From a virus (lineage: Duplodnaviria; Caudoviricetes), in the IMG/VR virus record IMGVR_UViG_3300042270_000651, positions 30,209-94,208 of that record: DNA of 64,000 nucleotides; one strand, written 5' to 3'. The notes under the pieces were generated by a model, which did no database searches, was not told the origin of the DNA, and worked only from the letters and a program-made list of their open reading frames with translations. This document shows positions 55,243 to 62,853 of the stretch, piece after piece (position 1 is the first letter of the stretch; every line of letters begins with the position of its first letter). A program made the position numbers and the translations under genes.

Positions 55243-56730
55243 TTATTTTACGGTCAGCTTACCGACCTCCGTGCCGTGGTCTGACCACCCGTGCTGGAAG
55301 ATCAGCGACTGCCGGTACTCGTTGAAGTTCGTCGCCATCGAGTAGGACAGCTTCACCCGGTCCTTACGGAACACGTCGTACAGGTGGTTGACTCTCTTCT
55401 CCTTCTGCATCTCGGCCAGGCCGGTGTCGAAGTCGAAGGTCGTCAGGCCCTTATCGGCGGCGTACTTGCGAATGTCGGCCACCACGCCGTTGGCGGACCC
55501 GGCCAGGCGCCCCGTCATGCGCGCCTCGTACTCCTTCAGGGCGTCCATGATCTGGTACGGGAACCACAGGCCGTTGCGACGCTCCATCTCGGGCCGGAAC
55601 CACCCCTCGAACCACTGCCGGAACTTCTCGTACATGCCGGTGTAGTCCTCGGCAAACGCCCGCGCCATGCCATACGCCTGCACCGGCCCGTTGACGATGA
55701 ACGGGTAGTCGGCGCCGAAGGTCGGCCGCACGTATGGGGCGTCCAGCACGATCAGCGGCACCCCGAACGTGACCGGCTCGATCAGGCTGAGCGGGTAGTC
55801 CTCGTCGGGGCTCATGGCCATGCAGACGTCGACTTCCTCCCGCATGAGGCGCCAGAACTCCTCGCGGGGGCAGCGCCGCACGTCGAGGTGCCCGAACCGC
55901 TCGTCCTCCTGATAGCGGTCCACCACCTTGCTGTTGCTGGTCAGCAGGAGGCGCATCCGGTCCTCGCCGCCGTGCAGGGCGTACTGCCGAAAGAAGGTGT
56001 CGAGCACGTCATCCTGCCGGTTGGTCTTGCCCGACAGGCGCTGCGTGTAGGCCATCGTGAAGGTCTTGCCACCCTCGGCCACGGTCTTGACGTAGGACTC
56101 CGGCTTGGTCTCCAGGCCGTCGAACTTGCGCGAGATCGAGGTCAGCAGCTTGCCATCCAGCTCCCGCACCCGGCTCGGGGTCAGGTAGGTCTTGGCCGTC
56201 TTCAGGATCAGGACCTTCGACGCCATGGAGAAGATCAGCGCCTTGTCGGCGGCCAGGTAGCCTGCAATTGACTGCAGGTCCCCGCTGTCAGGGTGCGGTT
56301 GGTTCACGCGGCTCTTGAACGACATGATCGGGAACTCGTCCTCGACGATCACGTACCGCGACCAATGGCGCTTCGAGCGGGTCATCCACATACGCATCGT
56401 GCCGACCTGAGTGGAGCGTGCCGTAATCAGCACGTCCCAGTCCCAGATCGACCCGTTGAAGGCGACCGCGTCCTCGACCTCCGGCGGCAGGCGGGCGTAC
56501 TCCCGCATCCTGTCGCTGTCCTGGGCTACCGGCACGTAGTGCACCCGCTCGTGCTGCAGCAGCCAGTCCTTGTCTACCTCGAACTTTGACCGTTCCGGGT
56601 CGGGCAGCAAGTAGTAGAAGACCACGTCGTCGCGGCGTTCCAGCACGTACTGCATCATGGTCTGCATCTTGAAGTGGCAGCTGCAGTAGGACGGGTCGTT
56701 GGTGGAGATCGGGTCGATCAGAACCTTCAT
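55243..56730 (-). CDS. GT-B (GT4-like) glycosyltransferase
   Basis: VCMAMSPDEDYPLSLIEPVTFGVP (E-x7-E); start ATG 56730. Confidence 0.65.
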   Translation of the reverse strand: MKVLIDPISTNDPSYCSCHFKMQTMMQYVLERRDDVVFYYLLPDPERSKFEVDKDWLLQHERVHYVPVAQDSDRMREYARLPPEVEDAVAFNGSIWDWDVLITARSTQVGTMRMWMTRSKRHWSRYVIVEDEFPIMSFKSRVNQPHPDSGDLQSIAGYLAADKALIFSMASKVLILKTAKTYLTPSRVRELDGKLLTSISRKFDGLETKPESYVKTVAEGGKTFTMAYTQRLSGKTNRQDDVLDTFFRQYALHGGEDRMRLLLTSNSKVVDRYQEDERFGHLDVRRCPREEFWRLMREEVDVCMAMSPDEDYPLSLIEPVTFGVPLIVLDAPYVRPTFGADYPFIVNGPVQAYGMARAFAEDYTGMYEKFRQWFEGWFRPEMERRNGLWFPYQIMDALKEYEARMTGRLAGSANGVVADIRKYAADKGLTTFDFDTGLAEMQKEKRVNHLYDVFRKDRVKLSYSMATNFNEYRQSLIFQHGWSDHGTEVGKLTVK

Positions 56731-57491
56731 GCGAACTCCTCCATGCTGATCGCCGTGCCGTTGTTCTCCCCTACGCCCGCCGTGGCTCCGATGGCCTCCC
56801 GGCACCACTCGACGCCGCCGCAGAACATCGCGTCCAAGGCGCTCAGGCGGATACTGGTGTCCTCGCACAGGCGGGGCAGAGCCGGCGCCTTCCAGTCCTG
56901 ACCCCAAACGCGGATGCCATGCGGAGCGAAGGCGCCCGGCGTGAAGTACGAGCGGATCGAGGTCGCGCCCTGAATGTAGTCAGTGCCGCCGACGGCCTTG
57001 GTCAGGGCGGCCAGCCAGTCCGGGGCATGATCCGGCCGCTGGGGCACCAGGTCCTTGGAGGCGATCAGCGGCACCGGGAGGTGCAGGACCGAGTGCAGCC
57101 AGCGCATGGTCACCCGGTTGACGTAGGCCAGATCAGGCTGCTTGTCCGAGATCGACCGGAGGTAGCCCATCAGGGTCGTGAACTGCTTCTCGACCTCGCG
57201 GTACCCGTCCAGCTTGCCATACCGGTCAGCGCACTTGCGCTCGAACTTGTCGGCCCAGCGCGCCAGGTCCATTACCTCGATCTCGTCTATGGGCCGGCGG
57301 TTCTTCTTGTGGCAGGTCAGGCTTTCCTTGGCGGGGCCGTCCTTCGCGGACATCAGGCACCAGGAATGCTCGGCCTGCCGGTTGTGCTGCGCCTCCTGCA
57401 TCAGGATCACCACGTCGCAACGGGCGAACCGCTCCAGCATGTAGAGCGGCGGGAAGAACAGGGGCTGCGTGCAGGTCACCCATTTCGTCAT
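56727..57491 (-). CDS. WbqC-like protein (family proposed to be glycine transferases)
   Basis: QPLFFPPLYMLERFARCDVVILMQEAQ...GGTDYIQG...LSALDAMF match the WbqC pattern. Confidence 0.75.
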   Translation of the reverse strand: MTKWVTCTQPLFFPPLYMLERFARCDVVILMQEAQHNRQAEHSWCLMSAKDGPAKESLTCHKKNRRPIDEIEVMDLARWADKFERKCADRYGKLDGYREVEKQFTTLMGYLRSISDKQPDLAYVNRVTMRWLHSVLHLPVPLIASKDLVPQRPDHAPDWLAALTKAVGGTDYIQGATSIRSYFTPGAFAPHGIRVWGQDWKAPALPRLCEDTSIRLSALDAMFCGGVEWCREAIGATAGVGENNGTAISMEEFA

Positions 57492-57493
57492 GG

Positions 57494-58063
57494 TCACACC
57501 TCGTAGACCACGGTCTTGTTCAGGGCATCGTCAGGCGACCACACAGGCCCGACCACGGGCTCGCTCTGGAACAGGCCATTCAGATCGGCGAGGTGGTAGC
57601 TATACAGGCGTCCGTCGTAGCAATCCGCGTCGAGGTAGGAGACCATGACGTGGCGCTCGCTGTGCAGGCGCAGCAGGTCCACCAGGGCCGGGGCCTCCTC
57701 GGACGCCACCGTGGCCAGGACACCCATGGCCGCCACCATATCGAAGGCCATGTTGAGCGCGTACTGCCCGAACTTGCCGTGCACGAAGGTACGGTTCGGG
57801 TAACGGCGCCGGGCCTCCTCCACGATCCACTGCGTGTAGTCGAGACCGACGTAGCTGTCCGTCAACGGCAAGCTCTCGGAGATGCACCCATAGCCGCACC
57901 CCACGTCCAGGGTGGTCTTAGGCTTGAGGCAGGCGAGGATGCCGCGTGCCACGCCAATCCGGCCCGTGTAGCGCCACTCGTCGCCGATCATCAGGCCCTT
58001 GCCGGTGCCCTTATACTTCTCATGGGCCTCGTACAGCTTTTCTGGGGTGTCATCCAAAGCCAT
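57494..58063 (-). CDS. Class I SAM-dependent methyltransferase
   Basis: TLDVGCGYG; YVGLD; FDMVAAMGVL. Confidence 0.85.
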   Translation of the reverse strand: MALDDTPEKLYEAHEKYKGTGKGLMIGDEWRYTGRIGVARGILACLKPKTTLDVGCGYGCISESLPLTDSYVGLDYTQWIVEEARRRYPNRTFVHGKFGQYALNMAFDMVAAMGVLATVASEEAPALVDLLRLHSERHVMVSYLDADCYDGRLYSYHLADLNGLFQSEPVVGPVWSPDDALNKTVVYEV

Positions 58064-58083
58064 GTGTCCTTCCTCCTTGATGG

Positions 58084-58770
58084 TCAGCGGACGACTTTCC
58101 GCATGACGTGGAACAGTTCGGCGTACTCCAGGCCGCACTCCAGCCCCCGCATCCGCGCCTGGGCGACACTGGCGTCTACGCTGAAGCAGTGCTGGCCCTC
58201 TCGCATCTGCGTCCGGTAGCAGTTCAGGGCGTCAGTCTTGGCCTTCAGGCTGGTCTCGGGCAGCTCGACGTACATGCCGCCCTTGCCCGCGTCGGCGCCC
58301 GACCCCGGCCCCCACACCGTGGCGGGGTACTCGTAAGCTGCAATCAGTTGCAGGGTGTCGTTGAAGGCCGACGGCCGGGTGGCGGCCAGGCAGGCGCGGT
58401 ACGTTATTTCGTGATCCTGATGGCTGCTGGGCAGGGGGATCAAAATTTCGGTGGGTCGGAAGTCGCGCTGCACCTTGTCCAGCTCCCCGATGATCTCAAC
58501 CAGGGGCAGGGTGTCCAGCTTCCGGTCGTGTGCCCAGAACAGGCCCTTGCAGTGCTGCACCCCGAGAACGCTCATCGAGTCGTGGCACTCGGACATGCGC
58601 TCTTCGGCGGTGACCGTGCGGCCCAGGTGGGCGAAGTGCACATCGCCGAGGGCCACGACCACGTTCATCACTTCGCCGCCGGCCTCGGTGACTCGGTGCA
58701 TGTACCCTCCGCACCCCAGCTCGGCGTCGTCGGCGTGGGGGCTGATGACTAGAACCCGCTTATTGTGCAA
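58084..58770 (-). CDS. PIG-L/LmbE family N-acetylglucosaminyl deacetylase
   Basis: VLVISPHADDAELGCGG; SHQDH; TTG start 58770. Confidence 0.9.
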   Translation of the reverse strand: MHNKRVLVISPHADDAELGCGGYMHRVTEAGGEVMNVVVALGDVHFAHLGRTVTAEERMSECHDSMSVLGVQHCKGLFWAHDRKLDTLPLVEIIGELDKVQRDFRPTEILIPLPSSHQDHEITYRACLAATRPSAFNDTLQLIAAYEYPATVWGPGSGADAGKGGMYVELPETSLKAKTDALNCYRTQMREGQHCFSVDASVAQARMRGLECGLEYAELFHVMRKVVR

Positions 58771-58885
58771 GGCATTCCCTCCGTGGACTCCTTTCCAGGA
58801 GGTCTTTCTATCACCGCAGGGTGGGGCCTTCACACACGAAGGGCCTGGCTTGCTCAAAACCAGGCCCAGAACCTCTCGTTTTCGG

Positions 58886-59089
58886 TCAGCCGTCCAACCC
58901 GTCGGGCACGTCCACCGCGACCAGGGTGTTGCCGTCCGGGTAGCTATCCAGGAAGTCATGAGCGATGCTTGGGTAGGCGCCGCGCAGCCGGCCCGAGGCG
59001 ACCATTTCGGCGTCGGGCCGATCCTCGAAAATCACCCCCTCACCGGCCGGTCCGTTGATGACGGCATACATGCGCTTCGTCTTGGTCAT
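58886..59089 (-). CDS. Hypothetical protein
   Basis: Short ORF with SD. Confidence 0.5.
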   Translation of the reverse strand: MTKTKRMYAVINGPAGEGVIFEDRPDAEMVASGRLRGAYPSIAHDFLDSYPDGNTLVAVDVPDGLDG

Positions 59090-59204
59090 GGTGTTTAATT
59101 TCCTCTGGCGTTTTTGACGGGCCATTCTGCTAGAGGGTTTCGGGCAAGTGCCTGTAAGGGCTGGCGGAATGGCGGTGTCTCGTTTCCCTATCGGGCGTGC
59201 CCGG

Positions 59205-59399
59205 TCACTTCTCGATCAGATCCTTAATTGCCGCCGCCTCGGTCGTCTTGCCTTCCGACCAAGCGCGCTCCAACTCGGCCATCGCTCGATCCAGCGTCTC
59301 GCTATCGTTTCTTGTCAGGTCAATTCCCGCCATTGCGGCCACCTGCCGCAGCGTGCCCATCTGCGCCTCGGTCAGTGTTAGGATCAGCCACTTCCGCAT
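59205..59399 (-). CDS. Small helical protein (paralogue of 59429-59596)
   Basis: LTLTEAQM...LERAW. Confidence 0.6.
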   Translation of the reverse strand: MRKWLILTLTEAQMGTLRQVAAMAGIDLTRNDSETLDRAMAELERAWSEGKTTEAAAIKDLIEK

Positions 59400-59428
59400 T
59401 GTTGTCTCCGTGTCTCAGTTGACGGGCG

Positions 59429-59596
59429 TCAGCGTTCGTCTTGCCGGTTCCATGCCCGCTCGATGCGGTCCTTCGCCACTTCCAGCGCCTGCATTTCCTC
59501 AGCCTCGTCTTCGCCGAGGTCTTCGAGGCGCATGTGCAGCGCGTGCCTCACGGCCTGCATCTGGCGCTCGGTCAGCGTCACCTTGATCGTCTTCAT
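59429..59596 (-). CDS. Small helical protein (paralogue of 59205-59399)
   Basis: VTLTERQM...IERAW. Confidence 0.6.
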   Translation of the reverse strand: MKTIKVTLTERQMQAVRHALHMRLEDLGEDEAEEMQALEVAKDRIERAWNRQDER

Positions 59597-59792
59597 GTCG
59601 TCCTCTCGGTGTTCACTCAAGGGGCGTTTAGGGGGCCACCCCTATCCCCAACTTTCAGGGTGGCCATGCGGTCCGGTCGGTGAGAGGTCGCACCGCCTGC
59701 TTCCTGGGTATCAACCATCTGGGCGAACCGCAGGGACAAGCGTGGCGCCGACCGGGTGGGGACGACCTGCGTCCTAGTACCGGGTTGGCGGC

Positions 59793-60191
59793 TCAGACCA
59801 GGCCACGGTCCTTCAGCTCCAGCAGGCACATGGCCCAGGCGGCGAAGGCGCTGCTCGCGTCAGCGCAGGCGGTCTCACCCTTGACGGTGACGCTGGCGCT
59901 GCCGCCGGCCGGGCCGCCCTCGATCTTGAAGCTGGACCCCTCGGGCAGCACGCCCTCGCCGATCTGGCCGGTGGTGTAGTGGTACGGGCGGACCCAGGGC
60001 ATGACGCCGTTGTCGATCTTCTCCCGGTCCGTGGCCTGCAGCCGGTCAAGGTGGTAGGCGACCATGGTGTCGGTGCCCAGCCCCAGCTTCTTGGTCGGCA
60101 TCCCTGACAGGCCCTCAAGGAAGGCTTGCCGCGCCGACTTCTGGCTGGGCTCCTTGCGCTTGCCCTCCTTGGTCTTGATCTTCACGGCCAT
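59793..60191 (-). CDS. Hypothetical protein
   Basis: MAVKIKTK...; coupled to the XRE gene. Confidence 0.6.
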   Translation of the reverse strand: MAVKIKTKEGKRKEPSQKSARQAFLEGLSGMPTKKLGLGTDTMVAYHLDRLQATDREKIDNGVMPWVRPYHYTTGQIGEGVLPEGSSFKIEGGPAGGSASVTVKGETACADASSAFAAWAMCLLELKDRGLV

Positions 60192-60547
60192 CAGGCGATC
60201 TCCCGCACGCTTTCGATGAACTTGATTGCAGTCTTGATCTCGCGGTCGTCCAGATTCCGAATGTCCCGCGCCATCTGGAGGGCCCGCTTGTAGACCTCCG
60301 GGCGCAGGACCATTTCCGGCTCCAGGTACATACCCTCGTAGAAGAACTGCACCGGCACCCGCAGGGCCGCGCTCACCTGGAGCAGGCGATGCACGCCCAT
60401 CTCCGTCTCGCCGGCCTCCCACTTCTGCACGGCTTGGTGGCTCACGCCGCAGGTCGCGGCCAGGTCGGCCATCCCCAAGTCCAGCTCCGTGCGGCGCATC
60501 CGCAGCTTGGAGCCGATGTGGCGGAGTAAGACTTCACGTTCGATCAT
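60191..60547 (-). CDS. XRE-family HTH regulator
   Basis: IGSKLRMRRTELDLGMADLAATCGVSHQAVQKWEAG...VPVQFFYEG. Confidence 0.85.
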   Translation of the reverse strand: MIEREVLLRHIGSKLRMRRTELDLGMADLAATCGVSHQAVQKWEAGETEMGVHRLLQVSAALRVPVQFFYEGMYLEPEMVLRPEVYKRALQMARDIRNLDDREIKTAIKFIESVREIA

Positions 60548-60587
60548 GGTGTCTGGTCCTCCTTGACATGAAATTGATTGCAGCGGG

Positions 60588-60917
60588 TCAGTCGCGCAGC
60601 TCGCGGTGCTCGACCGTGACCTCGCGGCCCGCCTCGCGCAGACGCCGGGCGGCGATCTCCACCACGGCCACCGAACGATGGCGTCCGCCGAAGCAGCAGA
60701 CCCCGACGCGACCATGGGCCTGGGCCTTCAGGATCACGGTCGAGGCGAGGTGCTCGGCCTCCGGCATCACGTAGTCCTGGACCTTGGGGTGGCGGCCGTC
60801 GAGCGGCTTCAGCTCCAGGACATGGTGCGGGTTGCGCACGCGGCGCACGTCCACGTAGGCGTCGCCGGCATCGGCCTTGCGGTGCTTCACACCGAACGAG
60901 TACAACTTGATCTGCAT
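60588..60917 (-). CDS. RapZ (YhbJ) C-terminal-domain-like protein
   Basis: YSFGVKH...DVRRVRNPH...LKPLDG...CCFGGRHRSVAVVE. Confidence 0.75.
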   Translation of the reverse strand: MQIKLYSFGVKHRKADAGDAYVDVRRVRNPHHVLELKPLDGRHPKVQDYVMPEAEHLASTVILKAQAHGRVGVCCFGGRHRSVAVVEIAARRLREAGREVTVEHRELRD

Positions 60918-60920
60918 TAT

Positions 60921-61493
60921 TCATCCCTCCTTGGATGCGGACGGGTAGATGCCCTTGGCCTTCGCCAGCCAGAGCGGCATGGTGATCTCGGCCTGGATCT
61001 GGATGAGCGACTTCTTCTCGACCTCGACCTGGGACTTGGGCAGCCAAACGGGCTGACCGTCTACGCCCGCCACCTTGTATGCCTTGGCCGTCTCGGCCTC
61101 GATGACCGTGATCAGCTTGACGTAGTCCAGATTGTCACCCTTGGCCTGGGCCTGATCCTTGTCGTAGCCCACCTGGTCGAACAGGGCCTCCAGGTCGAAG
61201 CCCACCTCTTCCAGGGTGTTCCGCCACTTGGCGATGTCGCCCCGCGTCTTGCCGTCCTCCCGGCGCAGGGCCTCGACCTGGTTCTTTGTCAGGCGGTCGT
61301 ACTTGATAACAGCGTCCCCGGCCACATCCCTGGTGAACTTCGACGCGAGATGGGCGGCTGTCAGGTACGCGGCGGCGCCCTCCACGCTGTGGACCGCGAC
61401 CCACTTGGTCCATGCGCGCATCTGCAGGACCCCGTCCCGGTTCCGGGTCTTGAAGTTTCTGGCCTTTAAAGTGTCCAGCAGGGTCTTGGTCAT
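60921..61493 (-). CDS. Hypothetical protein
   Basis: 190 aa; SD hairpin; C-terminal VWLPKSQV...MPLWLA. Confidence 0.7.
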   Translation of the reverse strand: MTKTLLDTLKARNFKTRNRDGVLQMRAWTKWVAVHSVEGAAAYLTAAHLASKFTRDVAGDAVIKYDRLTKNQVEALRREDGKTRGDIAKWRNTLEEVGFDLEALFDQVGYDKDQAQAKGDNLDYVKLITVIEAETAKAYKVAGVDGQPVWLPKSQVEVEKKSLIQIQAEITMPLWLAKAKGIYPSASKEG

Positions 61494-61531
61494 CGCGCCC
61501 TCCTTGGCGAGTGATGAGGTGGTGTACGACC

Positions 61532-61560
61532 AGCGTGCGTCAGGTGGGCCTGGCAGGCAA
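61532..61560 (-). promoter_or_regulatory. Putative promoter (TTGCCT family)
   Basis: TTGCCT-N17-CACGCT, with a 14-bp motif copy 10 bp upstream. Confidence 0.4.
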
Positions 61561-61581
61561 GGCTGTGGCGTGCAATTGATT

Positions 61582-61779
61582 TCACACCTTGGCCTGCCAC
61601 AGCTTCATCTCCCGCAGACGCCGGGCGTTCTCCCGGTAGAGTCGGGCCTGCTCCCCATTGTGTTTGGCGGCGGCCAGCTTCGCGTCGTTGAAGTGCTCGA
61701 ACACGTCCAGGCCGTCGGCCGGCAGCTGGGACTCCAGCACCGTGGTGAACGGCCCGTCCCATACGATGCGGTAGGTCAT
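61582..61779 (-). CDS. Hypothetical protein
   Basis: MTYRIVW...; translationally coupled. Confidence 0.55.
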   Translation of the reverse strand: MTYRIVWDGPFTTVLESQLPADGLDVFEHFNDAKLAAAKHNGEQARLYRENARRLREMKLWQAKV

Positions 61780-62048
61780 CACCGACTCCTCACGCGGCGC
61801 TCGTCGCGGTTCGAGGTCCCGGACCCGCTGGTCATGCCATCGAAGGCGGCGGGGATGTAGTAGGCGTTCGCCCGCCCCTGCTCCCGCGCGGCGAGGATCA
61901 TGGACCCTTCGGCCTCCCGGTGCGCCTCCGTGCCTGGGGCCGGGTAGACGAGGGCGCGGTGCGCCCTGCACCACACCCCGTCCACCGTTGGTTTACCGCA
62001 GGCATTAGCGAGGTGCGGAGCACCCTCCATGAAGCGGCACCCCTGCAT
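61779..62048 (-). CDS. GcrA C-terminal-domain-like protein
   Basis: CRFMEG...ACGKP...WCRAHRALVY resembles GcrA CRWPIG...FCG...YC..H...AY. Confidence 0.55.
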   Translation of the reverse strand: MQGCRFMEGAPHLANACGKPTVDGVWCRAHRALVYPAPGTEAHREAEGSMILAAREQGRANAYYIPAAFDGMTSGSGTSNRDERRVRSR

Positions 62049-62452
62049 CAGTGCACCGTCCACGGAATGTCATCGACCATGTCTCCGACGTCCACCAGGT
62101 CGGCGATCTTGCCGGCCTTGTCGCGGGCGATCAGCAGGACCAGCTGGGCCTGTTCCCCGTTCACGAAGGCGGTGCAGATCACCACCTCGCGGTGCCCCTC
62201 GGAGGTCGGGACGGTCTCTTGGGCGATGGAGAACCACCGCTCAGCCCCGTGCCCATCCAGCCAGCTGGTAATCATGTCCGACAGGTCTTCGGGGTCGTCG
62301 GCGTGATCCTCGTCTTCCTTGTCGATGAACAAGGTCAGCGGGCGACCCTTGTCCGGGATGGCGACGATGAACGCCTCCACCTGAGTGTCGCCCTTGGCGC
62401 ACTCGACAGCCACGGCGCACGCACGACCTAACAGTTCGCCGAGGTCATGCAT
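62048..62452 (-). CDS. Hypothetical protein
   Basis: MHDLGE...; TAATG-coupled. Confidence 0.6.
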   Translation of the reverse strand: MHDLGELLGRACAVAVECAKGDTQVEAFIVAIPDKGRPLTLFIDKEDEDHADDPEDLSDMITSWLDGHGAERWFSIAQETVPTSEGHREVVICTAFVNGEQAQLVLLIARDKAGKIADLVDVGDMVDDIPWTVH

Positions 62453-62853
62453 TACAGGAACTCCGGCAGATGGGTGCACGCTTTCTCAGCCACGTCCTCG
62501 TACCACTCGCCGGTCTCGTCCGGCACGGCCACTTCTTCGGTGGCCTTGTCCACCGCCTCACGGATCATGCGGGGCGTGAACTTGCTCTTGTCGTGTCCCA
62601 GGCCCTCGGGCATCGCGTCCAGCACCGCGTCGGTGGGCATGTACATAAGGCAGACCATGCCGGCCTCGGCCAGGGTCTCCTCGGCCATCTGGCGCTTCTC
62701 GTCGTCGCTGGTGGCCTCGACGGAAGAGATGATCTTCTCGATCACCTCAATGGCGGCCACTTCTTTCTTGTGCTGGGCCTCGTCATCCGTGGCAGGCATG
62801 ACGTTCGCCTCGGCGATGGTCAGCACCGCCTTCAAGGCTTCGAGTTCAGTCAT
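62452..62853 (-). CDS. Hypothetical acidic protein
   Basis: 133 aa; SD hairpin. Confidence 0.7.
   Translation of the reverse strand: MTELEALKAVLTIAEANVMPATDDEAQHKKEVAAIEVIEKIISSVEATSDDEKRQMAEETLAEAGMVCLMYMPTDAVLDAMPEGLGHDKSKFTPRMIREAVDKATEEVAVPDETGEWYEDVAEKACTHLPEFL

Larger units (their letters stand above)
1373..61584. repeat. Dispersed 14-bp quasi-palindrome TGMAAYTGATTKCA, about 29 copies
   Basis: Starts at 1373, 3239, 6074, 8984, 9432, 11399, 13204, 16022, 19693, 21781, 23060, 26359, 26928, 30546, 32013, 35085, 36048, 41426, 44535, 46575, 48377, 50875, 52058, 53598, 56263, 58339, 60217, 60569, 61571. Confidence 0.92.

Noticed and set aside
1373-61584. The 14-bp repeat as a CRISPR array or REP element
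   Set aside because: It is too short, spaced at kb scale and often inside CDSs; there are no spacers or cas genes.
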